Shown here piece after piece: positions 31,026-39,887 of a stretch of 64,000 nucleotides of DNA (positions are counted from its first letter, which is position 1; each line of letters starts with the position of its first letter). This DNA is from Dehalococcoidia bacterium. Lineage in GTDB: Bacteria > Chloroflexota > Dehalococcoidia > GIF9 > UBA5629. Under the pieces are notes generated by a model. The model was not told the origin of the DNA and did not search any database. It saw only the letters and a list, made by a program, of their open reading frames with translations. The translations under genes were made by a program, and so were the position numbers. The stretch covers positions 60,553 to 124,552 of the forward strand of contig JBEKIW010000004.1 of NCBI GenBank assembly GCA_050011565.1. Reading direction: 5' to 3'.

Positions 31026-31213
31026 TTTATACCCTTCCTCAATATTTTGTCGTTAAACAAAGTAGTTTATAGTGGTGGGAAGGAAAAATCAAATCAAAAT
31101 CCTTGGGGATGTCAAAACTTGTGCTGGGGTTATCGCTACCATTAATACGAAGTTGGCTTGACAATGCAAACGTCATATTGATAGACTTTCGCCGGTTGGG
31201 TATTTCTTAGCGT

Positions 31214-31287
31214 GGCCCCGTGGTGTAGCGGACTAACATGCCACCCTGTCACGGTGGAGATCGTGGGTTCGAATCCCATCGGGGTCG
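31214..31287 (+). tRNA. tRNA-Asp (anticodon GTC)
   Basis: GGCCCCG acceptor stem pairing with CGGGGTC, D-arm GTGGTGTAGCGG, anticodon loop CTGTCAC, T-arm GGTTCGAATCCC. Confidence 0.85.
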
Positions 31288-31367
31288 CATTCTTTATGTG
31301 CAAGTGGAATTTCCGAACCCGGATTCATTCAATCAAGATATTGCCAGTTACCTGATTTTAAAAGCAA

Positions 31368-32966
31368 TTAGCCCAGCTTACGCAGTTCCGCTCTCAAAAC
31401 TTTGCCTAAAAGGTTCTTAGGCAATGCGTCAATAAATTCTACACTCTTAGGCGTTTTAAAGGTGGGCAGGCATTCCTTGCAAAAAGCTATCATCTCTTGT
31501 TCGTTAGCTTGCTCCTGCGCTTTGAGCACAACGAAAGCCTTTATTTCTTCTCCATAGGTCTTATCCGGGACGCCGATAACACCGGCTTCGGCAACCTTGT
31601 GATTTCGATAAAGAACCTCTTCTATTTCTCGTGGAGATACATTTTCTCCCCCACGGATGATAATATCCTTTTTCCGATCAGTGATGTACAGATAACCGTC
31701 TTCATCCATATAGCCTATATCACCTGTGTAAAGCCAGCCGTTCCTGATAGCCTGTGCTGTATCCTCAGGCAGGTTCCAGTAGCCTTTCATCAAAGTAGGG
31801 CCCTTTACTACGATCTCGCCTCGTTGTCCCTGCGGTAGCTCGTGGTCGTTGTCGTCAAAAACTTTGATAACGTTGCATCTTAACAGGTTCTTGCCGATAG
31901 AGCCGTATTTAGGCGGGAGGTCAACCGGTTGTCCGGTGGTAGTGGCTCCCGATTCGGTTAGCCCCCAACCTTCTTTTATATCCACTCCTGTCTTTTCTTT
32001 CCACCTCAAGGCGATTTCCACAGGAAGTGCTGCTCCGCCGGAATTGCAGGATTGAAGTGAACTTAAATCGTATTTGTCCAGGTCTGGGAAATCCAGCATC
32101 TGTATGTACATGGTGGGCACCGCTGCCATATGTGTAATCTTAAATGATTGAATCGCTTTCAGGGCTTCCTCGACATTCCACCACCTGAGCACGACAGCTC
32201 TTCCACCTACGAAGGAACCCATAATGCTGAAGGCAATGCCATATGAGTGAGAAAGAGGCAGCACCCCCAGGCTGATCGTGGTCCGACTAACGCCGGTAAT
32301 ACCCAGCGATTCTTCGATTGGTTTAAGTGTCTTGGGGTCTATGGAATAGATTGTTGAGCGAACAGTCAGTGGCAGGTGGATGAGGACATATTCAAAAAAG
32401 CATAGGGCATTGATGTAAAGAGAATAGTGGGTATGCATCACTCCTTTAGGCTGACCTGTGGTGCCGGCAGTGTAGATTAAAGCTGCAACATCATTGTTAT
32501 CGGTTTCTTCTGCAATTAGTTCGTCTGAGCTATCGGACATCAGTTTACGGTATGAGAGCGTCCCGGGAATGTCATCTTTGTCGGTCAAGATGATATATTT
32601 CAACTTGGGAGCCTGTTTCTGTGCCTCTAGAATCCATCCCAGATAATCCGAGCTGGTAAGTAAAGCTTTGGCTCCGCAATCGCGATATATATAAGAGGCC
32701 TGGTCAGGCCGAAGCAGCGGATTTAAAGGTACTACTATGCCACCTATCTTGTATATGGCAGGGAAAGCTGAAAATACAGGCGGGCTGTTTGGCATCTGCA
32801 CCGCTACCTGGTCCCCTTTGCCGATTCCAAGCCCCTTTAATGCATTGCCCAGTTGATTGGCGGTGCGATTTGTTTCAGCGTTGGTATACCATCTGCCTTC
32901 GAAGTAGATACTCTCATACTCCCCGAACCTTTTAACATTGTCCTCGATGAGACTACCGATATTCAT
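31368..32966 (-). CDS. AMP-dependent acyl-CoA synthetase/ligase
   Basis: 532 aa. AMP-binding motif (YTAGTTGQPKGV), TGD and C-terminal lysine region. Confidence 0.85.
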   Translation of the reverse strand: MNIGSLIEDNVKRFGEYESIYFEGRWYTNAETNRTANQLGNALKGLGIGKGDQVAVQMPNSPPVFSAFPAIYKIGGIVVPLNPLLRPDQASYIYRDCGAKALLTSSDYLGWILEAQKQAPKLKYIILTDKDDIPGTLSYRKLMSDSSDELIAEETDNNDVAALIYTAGTTGQPKGVMHTHYSLYINALCFFEYVLIHLPLTVRSTIYSIDPKTLKPIEESLGITGVSRTTISLGVLPLSHSYGIAFSIMGSFVGGRAVVLRWWNVEEALKAIQSFKITHMAAVPTMYIQMLDFPDLDKYDLSSLQSCNSGGAALPVEIALRWKEKTGVDIKEGWGLTESGATTTGQPVDLPPKYGSIGKNLLRCNVIKVFDDNDHELPQGQRGEIVVKGPTLMKGYWNLPEDTAQAIRNGWLYTGDIGYMDEDGYLYITDRKKDIIIRGGENVSPREIEEVLYRNHKVAEAGVIGVPDKTYGEEIKAFVVLKAQEQANEQEMIAFCKECLPTFKTPKSVEFIDALPKNLLGKVLRAELRKLG

Positions 32967-33073
32967 GATTCCTCTTTCCCCGGCTTTCTAATTTTAGGCG
33001 GTAACCGATTTTAACTGCCCTGAAGGTTGATAGGATAGTACACTTGTAGATTTTCAACGTCAAGTCTTGTGAA

Positions 33074-33099
33074 ATATATAGGAATTTATTCCTATATAT
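33074..33099. promoter_or_regulatory. perfect inverted repeat (candidate operator) in the divergent intergenic region
   Basis: ATATATAGGAA-TTTA-TTCCTATATAT: 11-bp arms, 4-nt spacer. Sits between the divergently transcribed CoA ligase (start 32966) and the HMGCS-like gene (start 33200). Confidence 0.35.
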
Positions 33100-33199
33100 A
33101 CTTGTCTGAAGTTGCAAAGGTTTGACTGGTAACGGGGGCTGTGCTAGTCTACAGTTACTGTTTTTTCCGTCCAACAATTGTTAATCAGGAGGTTAATTA

Positions 33200-34642
33200 A
33201 TGGTAGGCATTAAATCATACGGCGCTTACATCCCAAGGTATCGGATAAATCACAATACAATCTTTTCTGCAGTAGGGTTCCTTGGTACTTTTCCGCCACC
33301 GGGTGAGAACGCAGTTGCCAACCATGATGAGGATACGCTTAGCATGGCAGTAGCTGCCGGCGTTGATTGCTTGAATAGCATGAAAAGAGAGGAGATAGAA
33401 GGACTCTATCTGGCAACCACCAGCCAGCCCTATATGTTAAGGCAGAACTCAGCATTAGTGGCGGCTGCACTGGACCTGCAAAATAATATTAGAACTGCAG
33501 ATTTCCTTGGCTCTAACAAGGCAGGAACGGGTGCACTTCTTTCTGCCTTTGACGCCGTCAAAGGCGGTACATTAACCAATGTACTGGTCTGTGCCTCTGA
33601 TTGCCGTGTAAGTAAACCGGGTAGCTCGCAAGAGCCTCTATATGGTGATGCCGCTGCCGCTGTCCTTATGAGCAGTGATGACGTCATTGCTACACTCGAA
33701 GGTCACTTTTCTATATCTTATGATTTTCCTGACCGCTGGAAAGCAACCAGTGATAAATTTGAACATGCCTGGGAAGATAGGTTTATTCGCGACGCGGGCT
33801 ATACCAAGATTATACCCGAGGCAATTTCCGGCCTGCTGAAAAAGTACAACTTAGCTATTACTGACTTCACCAAAATTGCATTTCCTGACCTTTATCCTAG
33901 AGAACATGCCGCGATAGTCAAACGATTGGGCGCCGACCCTCGCCAGATTCAGACATCGTTGCTGGATAAAGTCGGTGATAGCGGTGCGGCTTCGCCCCTG
34001 ATGATGCTGGTGGCAGCGCTGGAAGATGCCAAGCCAGGGGATAAGATAATGGTTGCCAGCTTCGGAAATGGCAGCGATGCTATGTTTTTCCAGGTAACTG
34101 AAAAGATTAAGAAGATAGGTGATAGGCGTGGCATAAAGAAGAATTTGGAGACGAAAAAGGAGCTTGCCAGTTACGAAAAATACCTCGCCTTTCGTAATCT
34201 GACACCTGTGGAGTTGGGGATGCGGGGTGAAATAGGTTTTCGCACTCCCATGTCTACATTGTTCAGGGAACGAGAAACAGTTTTGGCCCTGTGCGGCTCT
34301 AAATGTAAGCGTTGCGGGACGCCGCAATATCCACGCCAAAGAATATGCGTTAATCCTGACTGTGGTGCTGTAGACCAAATGGAGGGCTATCGTTTTTCTG
34401 ATAAAAAAGGTGTGCTGTTTACTTATACAGGTGACAATCTGGCAGCCAGCATTGACCCGCCCGCGATTTATGGGTTCGTAGATTTTGATGGCGGAGGAAG
34501 GTTCTGGTTTGACATTACTGATTGCGACCTGGACTCGACTAAAGTGGGCATGCCTGTGGAGATGACCTTTCGCAGGAGATATGTTGATGAGAGCGGTGGT
34601 GTTTATGGCTATTCCTGGAAAGCAATGCCAGTGCGTGCCTAA
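33200..34642 (+). CDS. HMG-CoA-synthase-like (UPF0219 / archaeal-type) domain fused to a C-terminal DUF35 (Zn-ribbon plus OB-fold) domain
   Basis: The N-terminal MVGIKSYGAYIPRYRI opening and thiolase-like fold over about 350 aa resemble archaeal-type HMGCS. The C-terminal 130 aa have CGSKCKRCG...CVNPDCG (Zn ribbon) followed by an OB-fold (FVDFDGGGRFWFDI...MPVEMTFRR), typical of DUF35. Confidence 0.7.
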   Translation: MVGIKSYGAYIPRYRINHNTIFSAVGFLGTFPPPGENAVANHDEDTLSMAVAAGVDCLNSMKREEIEGLYLATTSQPYMLRQNSALVAAALDLQNNIRTADFLGSNKAGTGALLSAFDAVKGGTLTNVLVCASDCRVSKPGSSQEPLYGDAAAAVLMSSDDVIATLEGHFSISYDFPDRWKATSDKFEHAWEDRFIRDAGYTKIIPEAISGLLKKYNLAITDFTKIAFPDLYPREHAAIVKRLGADPRQIQTSLLDKVGDSGAASPLMMLVAALEDAKPGDKIMVASFGNGSDAMFFQVTEKIKKIGDRRGIKKNLETKKELASYEKYLAFRNLTPVELGMRGEIGFRTPMSTLFRERETVLALCGSKCKRCGTPQYPRQRICVNPDCGAVDQMEGYRFSDKKGVLFTYTGDNLAASIDPPAIYGFVDFDGGGRFWFDITDCDLDSTKVGMPVEMTFRRRYVDESGGVYGYSWKAMPVRA

Positions 34643-34674
34643 GCGTCAAAACTGACTTTACGGAGGATACGAAA

Positions 34675-35877
34675 ATGGCAGAAGGTATTAGAGATAAGGT
34701 AGCTATCATCGGCATGGGCTGTACAAAATTTGGTGAGTTGTGGGATAAAGGCGCTGAAGACCTGATGGTGGACGCCTTCCAGGAATGCATTGAGGACGCC
34801 GGTATGGAAAAGAAGGATATCCAGGCAGCCTGGTTTGGCGTGCATTTTGAGGAGCAAAGTGTGGGAAAAGGGGCTACCTCTATGGCACTAGCGCTAAAGC
34901 TTCCTTTTATTCCTGTTACCAGGGTTGAAAACTTCTGCGCTACCGGCACGGAAGCTCTGAGAGGGGCTTGTTACGGCGTAGCTTCGGGGGCATACGATAT
35001 CGCTTTAGCCTTAGGTGTGGAAAAGCTAAAGGATACCGGGTATGGCGGCCTTCCCGGCGGCCAGGGCCTTTTAGGGTCCAGAAATGCGCTTATAATGCCT
35101 AAAATAACAGCACCGGGAAGTTTTGCCATGCTGGCGACGAGGTATTTCGCAGTGTACAGCCTCAGCCCCGAAGAAGGTAAGAAAATGCTGGCCAGGGTAT
35201 CAGCCAAAAGCCATCATAATGGTTCTTTGAACCCCAAGGCACATCTGCGACGCGAAATAACTGTGGAGCAGGTTATGAATGCTCCAATAATTGCCTGGCC
35301 GCTGGGGCTTTTCGATTGCTGCGGTGTCAGCGATGGTTCGGCAGCAGCTATCGTAACCACAGCTGAGCTGGCTAAAAAGTTCAGGCCTGACCCCGTATAT
35401 ATCAAATCTCTCCAGATTGCCTTAAGTTCGGGCGAGGAATTGATGTATACCAAATGGGATGGCGCGCATGTCGAGACCGGATTTCGCGCCGGAGTTCAAG
35501 CCTATAAAGAGGCCGGAGTTAAAAATCCGCGTAAAGAAATTAGCATGGCTGAAGTACATGACTGCTTCTCCATAACCGAAGCGGTAACTATGGAGGATTT
35601 GCAGTTCAGTCCCCGAGGAAAGGTTAAAGAAGATATCGAGGCTGGACGTTTCAATCTGGACGGCGAGCAGCCTGTTCAGCCCGACGGCGGATTGAAATGT
35701 TTCGGGCATCCTATCGGTGCCTCCGGCCTGCGTATGATGTACGAGATGTATAAGCAGCTGCAGGGCAAAGCCCAGTTGCCGGAACGACAGTTAAAGAACC
35801 CCAAGCTGGGATTAACTCATAATATGGGTGGCTTTCCGGCCATGAATATTGTTAGCGTGGCCATTGTTGGGTTATAA
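34675..35877 (+). CDS. thiolase-like protein (SCP-x / nonspecific lipid-transfer-protein type)
   Basis: 400 aa. N-terminal catalytic Cys region (VENFCATGTEALRGA), C-terminal GHPIGASGLRMM and CCGVSDG motifs. Confidence 0.8.
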   Translation: MAEGIRDKVAIIGMGCTKFGELWDKGAEDLMVDAFQECIEDAGMEKKDIQAAWFGVHFEEQSVGKGATSMALALKLPFIPVTRVENFCATGTEALRGACYGVASGAYDIALALGVEKLKDTGYGGLPGGQGLLGSRNALIMPKITAPGSFAMLATRYFAVYSLSPEEGKKMLARVSAKSHHNGSLNPKAHLRREITVEQVMNAPIIAWPLGLFDCCGVSDGSAAAIVTTAELAKKFRPDPVYIKSLQIALSSGEELMYTKWDGAHVETGFRAGVQAYKEAGVKNPRKEISMAEVHDCFSITEAVTMEDLQFSPRGKVKEDIEAGRFNLDGEQPVQPDGGLKCFGHPIGASGLRMMYEMYKQLQGKAQLPERQLKNPKLGLTHNMGGFPAMNIVSVAIVGL

Positions 35878-36202
35878 GACGGAAGAATGAACTTAAAAGG
35901 CAGGCTGTGGCTGATGGTGCGCCGGCGATATTTGACCTATATCAGGAAAGGGTATATGCTGGGCAGTAATTTACGTCTGATGCTATTGACATGCTGTGGT
36001 ATAATATTTGCCGTACCTCCGATTGTATTTTGTATTGAATATGCTATAAACTGGTCACATGAATAAAAAACAAATCTTATTAGTGGAAGGGGGTGGTCGT
36101 ATCGAGTGAATAAGACCAAGCATGCCGGGGCAAACATCGGTCGATGGTGTTTGTCAGCAAATTTGTCCTTAAGAGGAAATGTTTTAGGAGGTTAATGGCT
36201 AA

Positions 36203-38092
36203 GTGAAAAAAGTTCTGTTCTTATTGTTTACCTGTCTCTTACTTGTAGCGATTGTACTTCCTGCCTGTAAGCCTGGTCCAGCAGTTACCGGGCCAGTAAT
36301 AAAGATAGGCGTCATCGGGCCGATGCAATATATACAGGGCGAGCATCACTGGTGGGGTGCTGAGATGGCTCGTGATGAAATAAATGCGGCAGGTGGTGTA
36401 AAGGTCCTCCCTGACCAGCCCCCGTATATGGTTGAGCTAATCAAAGCAGACTCCAATGAAATAAACAGCATTACCGATGCCTCCGCGGCCATGGAAAAGT
36501 TGATAACGGTAGACAAGGCACAATTTGTGGTCGGGGGCTTCAGGACGGAAGCTGTCTTCCCCATGCAGGAAGTCGCCATGGACAACAAGATAATTTTCAT
36601 GAATTGTGGCGCGGCTACACTTGCACTACAAACGCCGGTGTTGACGAATTATGACCGCTATAAGTACTACTTCAGAGTCACTCCATTCCAATCCGGCTAT
36701 CTAGTCCAGAATGTGTTAATGTCAATGTCAATGGCCGAAAAAATAATAAAAGAGGATACCGGGATACAAAGGCCGTTGAATGCTGCTGTCTTTACTGAAG
36801 GGGCGCAGTGGGCTGATGCCATAACGTCAATCATGCAATCGCTGATTCCTACGAAGCTGGGTATGAAAGTCGTTGGCACATGGAGACCATCGCCTACAGC
36901 CACAGATTGTAATGCCGAGATGGCAGCTATACAAGCTGCTAACACCGACATTATCGGTGAAGTTATATCCGGCCCGCTTGGTGTACCATATGCCAGGTCA
37001 TGGGGCGAGCTGAAAGTACCGGCAGCTTCAGTGGGCATTAACGTTGAGTCCCAGGCTTTCACCTTCTGGGAAGCGACTCAGCATTTCGGCAACTTGGAGA
37101 CTGGCCTGGTTACATTAGCTGAGAACACAGCGGTTACGCCGAAGACTGTCCCGTTCTACAATGCCTTTGTAGCGAAGACCGGACAGCCACCCATATATAC
37201 TGGTGCCGGCACTTACGATGCCGTCTATACCTTGGCAGAAGCCATAACCCGGGCAGGGACTCTGGATTCAGATGCCGTGGTTGCTGAGCTGGAAAAGACG
37301 GATAGAGTTGGGGCTGGGGCCCGCCTTGTATTTACGGGTATTGATGATCCGTCGAAGGATCCTCACGACGTGACCTACGGTCCCGGATTTTCAACGGGTA
37401 TCGCCGGGCAGTGGCAGGATGGAAAATTGGTAGGTGTCTGGCCGAACCCTAACTATGTCGGGTATGTTCCGAATGATGCCTGGAAAACGGTGTCATATGA
37501 GGGAATGGTTAAGTGGATACCACGCCCCGAGCTAATCGACAAGTTGAAGGCCGAGGCGGCTACGCAACCGGCGGCACCCCCAGCGGGAGAACAACCTGCA
37601 GCACCTCCGGCGGGAGAACAGCCGGCAGCACCTCCAGCAGCAGGATTAGCGACTTACACCAACACCGAGTATGGTTTCTCCGTTCAATATCCTGGTGACT
37701 GGGTAGCGCGACCAGAGCTCATCATTAAGCCTGAATTCCAAAAGGCTGCATACGGTGTATCTGGCTTTGTTCCAGGGTTTGTTGCTTATGCCTTTGCTAA
37801 TCCTCCGGAGGAGTCTAAAGATTGGATCGTTACGTCTTTCAAGGCGACAGGCAATACAATGCCTAAAGTGACCTCAGACATCAAACAGGAGACTCTGGCG
37901 GATGGTACTCAAGCTTACACGTATAAAGCAAGCTATGTATCTGCCACTGGATATGGGATAGAGTCGTACGTCCTCGATGCAGATAAGGGAACCACCCGGT
38001 TTCGTGTGAATGTATTTACTATACCTGATATGGCTCCTATGGATGAGGCGCTGGCTTCGCAAGTTGCTCACTCTTTGACCTTTACAAAGTAA
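36203..38092 (+). CDS. Liv-type ABC transporter substrate-binding lipoprotein fused to a Pro-rich linker and a PsbP-like C-terminal domain
   Basis: 629 aa. GTG start, lipobox LPACK. Residues 30-440 are a periplasmic-binding-protein type I (LivK family) fold. Residues 455-480 are PAGEQPAAP x3. The C-terminal 150 aa begin YTNTEYGFSVQYPGDWV (PsbP-like hallmark). Confidence 0.7.
   Translation: MKKVLFLLFTCLLLVAIVLPACKPGPAVTGPVIKIGVIGPMQYIQGEHHWWGAEMARDEINAAGGVKVLPDQPPYMVELIKADSNEINSITDASAAMEKLITVDKAQFVVGGFRTEAVFPMQEVAMDNKIIFMNCGAATLALQTPVLTNYDRYKYYFRVTPFQSGYLVQNVLMSMSMAEKIIKEDTGIQRPLNAAVFTEGAQWADAITSIMQSLIPTKLGMKVVGTWRPSPTATDCNAEMAAIQAANTDIIGEVISGPLGVPYARSWGELKVPAASVGINVESQAFTFWEATQHFGNLETGLVTLAENTAVTPKTVPFYNAFVAKTGQPPIYTGAGTYDAVYTLAEAITRAGTLDSDAVVAELEKTDRVGAGARLVFTGIDDPSKDPHDVTYGPGFSTGIAGQWQDGKLVGVWPNPNYVGYVPNDAWKTVSYEGMVKWIPRPELIDKLKAEAATQPAAPPAGEQPAAPPAGEQPAAPPAAGLATYTNTEYGFSVQYPGDWVARPELIIKPEFQKAAYGVSGFVPGFVAYAFANPPEESKDWIVTSFKATGNTMPKVTSDIKQETLADGTQAYTYKASYVSATGYGIESYVLDADKGTTRFRVNVFTIPDMAPMDEALASQVAHSLTFTK
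37571..37645 (+). repeat. 27-nt tandem repeat (about 2.7 copies) encoding the PAGEQPAAP linker
   Basis: GCGGCACCCCCAGCGGGAGAACAACCT / GCAGCACCTCCGGCGGGAGAACAGCCG / GCAGCACCTCCAGCAGCAGGA. Confidence 0.7.
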
Positions 38093-38234
38093 CCATTTTA
38101 AATATTAGCGAGACCCCAGGCCAACGCCTGGGGTCTCGCCAGAGGCTTATCAGACGAATTGCCGGTCGGCAGTTTTTGAGGACGGCAAGCCTAGATTGAG
38201 AATGTTATATGGCAAATTAGCAAAAGGAGATGCG

Positions 38235-38879
38235 ATGACGAACAAGACATACAAATTCGTAACAGTGTTAATGGTCATGCTGCTTGTTCTGGGTCTGGCC
38301 TTAGTGGCCTGCAAGGCACCGGCTGAAACAGTAACGCCACCGGCTCCACCCGAACAACAAGCGACGCCACCGGCTGAACAACAAGCGACGCCACCGGCTG
38401 AACAACCAGCTACACCGCCGGCTGCACACCAACTGACATATACAGCTAAAACATATACTAATAGCCAGTATGGCTTCTCAATCCAGTACCCAAAGGATTG
38501 GGTAGAGCGCCCCGAAATCGCCAATGGGAGCCTTATCATTGCCTTCGGTGTACCCGGGTTCGTTCCTGGCGTAAGTATGAGTGTACGTGATGCAAATGAA
38601 CCTATGACTGCCGATTGGGTCGTGGCAGCGAATACGGCTGAGGGGAACACGAAGGTTAAAGTTACGTCACCTCCGACAGAGACAACTCTGTTTGACGGCA
38701 CGCCGGCAGTTCAGTACGTATCGAAGTTTACGTCTGGACAATACGACATTGTTTCTTTTGCCACCAGCACAGACAAGAACGGCAAGCGGATTCGTGCCAC
38801 TGTATGGACTATAGACGCGTTCTCTCCTTACGATGAGGCACTGTTCTCTGAGATAGCACACACCTTGTCAGTTAAATAA
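38235..38879 (+). CDS. PsbP-like domain lipoprotein with a Pro-rich linker
   Basis: The start is more likely the ATG at 38235 (RBS AAAGGAGA) than the ORF-track 38196. Lipobox LALVACK, PPAEQQAT x3 linker, then YTNSQYGFSIQYPKDWVERPE... This is homologous to the C-terminal domain of the upstream SBP. Confidence 0.6.
   Translation: MTNKTYKFVTVLMVMLLVLGLALVACKAPAETVTPPAPPEQQATPPAEQQATPPAEQPATPPAAHQLTYTAKTYTNSQYGFSIQYPKDWVERPEIANGSLIIAFGVPGFVPGVSMSVRDANEPMTADWVVAANTAEGNTKVKVTSPPTETTLFDGTPAVQYVSKFTSGQYDIVSFATSTDKNGKRIRATVWTIDAFSPYDEALFSEIAHTLSVK
38333..38420 (+). repeat. 24-nt tandem repeat (about 3 copies) encoding the PPAEQQAT linker
   Basis: CCACCGGCTGAACAACAAGCGACG repeated, with minor variation. 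Confidence 0.7.
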
Positions 38880-39013
38880 GAAATCGTTTTAGTCCTGTAT
38901 GGAGGCTGCAGGCCGGTTACAGTCTGTAGTCTCCATGAAGGTTAGCGGAACAAGTATGCCGTTTGGTACCGTAGAGTTAGGCAAGTAAGATTGAAGGTTA
39001 GGTAAGATAAGAT

Positions 39014-39886
39014 ATGGTTGAAGGAATTATAGTTCAGACTCTGGTGAAAGGAAGTGTATATGCGCTCCTGGCTCTCGGTTTCGCCCTAATCTTTGGGGTA
39101 GCCCGGGTGCTACAGCTGTCGCATACCGCGTTTTACATGCTGGCAGCCTACGGGATATTTGCTTTCGCCAGCTTACTCGGTTGGAGTCCGATTGTGTCCA
39201 TTATCCTGTCTATAGTCATTACTACCGGGCTGGGGCTTCTGGTGTACAAGCTACTTATCGACCGTGTACGTGAGCACCACGTAACCGTGATGCTGATAAC
39301 CCTGGCTGTAGCCATGATGTTTCAGCAGATCATGATTATTGCCTTCTCAGGTCAATATCGTTCAGCGCCGGCTTTTGTCACAGGATACTGGGAAATACTC
39401 GGCGTAAAAGTCGTCTTCCAGAATTTGCTGGTATTTGCTGGTGCGGCGGTTGTTCTGCTCATCGTATGGGCGCTTTTGTCAAAGACAAGACTGGGTATTG
39501 CCATCAGGGCTACCGCTCAGGACACCGAAATTGCCAATCTAATGGGGATAAATGTCTCCACTATACTGTTCACGGTTATGGGTATTGCCGCGGCACTGGC
39601 CGCGGTTGCCGGCGTGCTGGTGGCTCCAACGTTGGTCCTTGAACCTGGTATGCTGTGGCCTCCATTCGTCATGGTCATGGCGATAATTACTCTGGGTGGT
39701 CTGGGAAGCGTCAAGGGAAGTGTCATCGGAGCTTTTATTCTGGCCCTGGTTGAAACCCTGGTTGTTTTCTTGCTGCCTACCGGTGCCTTTCTTAAGGGGG
39801 CCGCCGCCTTGCTGGTCATGGTGATAGTACTCATTGTAAGGCCTGAGGGTCTATTTGGCGTAGTTTTCGAAGAGGAGAGATTGTAA
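39014..39886 (+). CDS. branched-chain-amino-acid-type ABC transporter permease (LivH family)
   Basis: 290 aa with about 8 TM helices, LivH-like. Confidence 0.85.
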   Translation: MVEGIIVQTLVKGSVYALLALGFALIFGVARVLQLSHTAFYMLAAYGIFAFASLLGWSPIVSIILSIVITTGLGLLVYKLLIDRVREHHVTVMLITLAVAMMFQQIMIIAFSGQYRSAPAFVTGYWEILGVKVVFQNLLVFAGAAVVLLIVWALLSKTRLGIAIRATAQDTEIANLMGINVSTILFTVMGIAAALAAVAGVLVAPTLVLEPGMLWPPFVMVMAIITLGGLGSVKGSVIGAFILALVETLVVFLLPTGAFLKGAAALLVMVIVLIVRPEGLFGVVFEEERL

Positions 39887-39887
39887 A

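Noticed and set aside
31159-31190. TTGACA-containing candidate promoter for tRNA-Asp
   Set aside because: No acceptable -10 hexamer at 16-18 nt spacing.
33851-34378. 175-aa minus-strand ORF inside the HMGCS-like::DUF35 gene
   Set aside because: Antisense to a gene with clear domain motifs.
35985-36000. TTGACA ... TGGTATAAT sigma70-like promoter upstream of the SBP gene
   Set aside because: The -35 to -10 spacing is only 8 nt. Only the extended -10 (TGGTATAAT) is plausible, and that was too weak to list as a feature.
38150-38701. 183-aa minus-strand ORF overlapping the PsbP-like lipoprotein gene
   Set aside because: It is antisense to a gene with a lipobox, linker repeats and paralogs. Its translation is just the mirror of the Pro-rich repeats (AGGVAC...).
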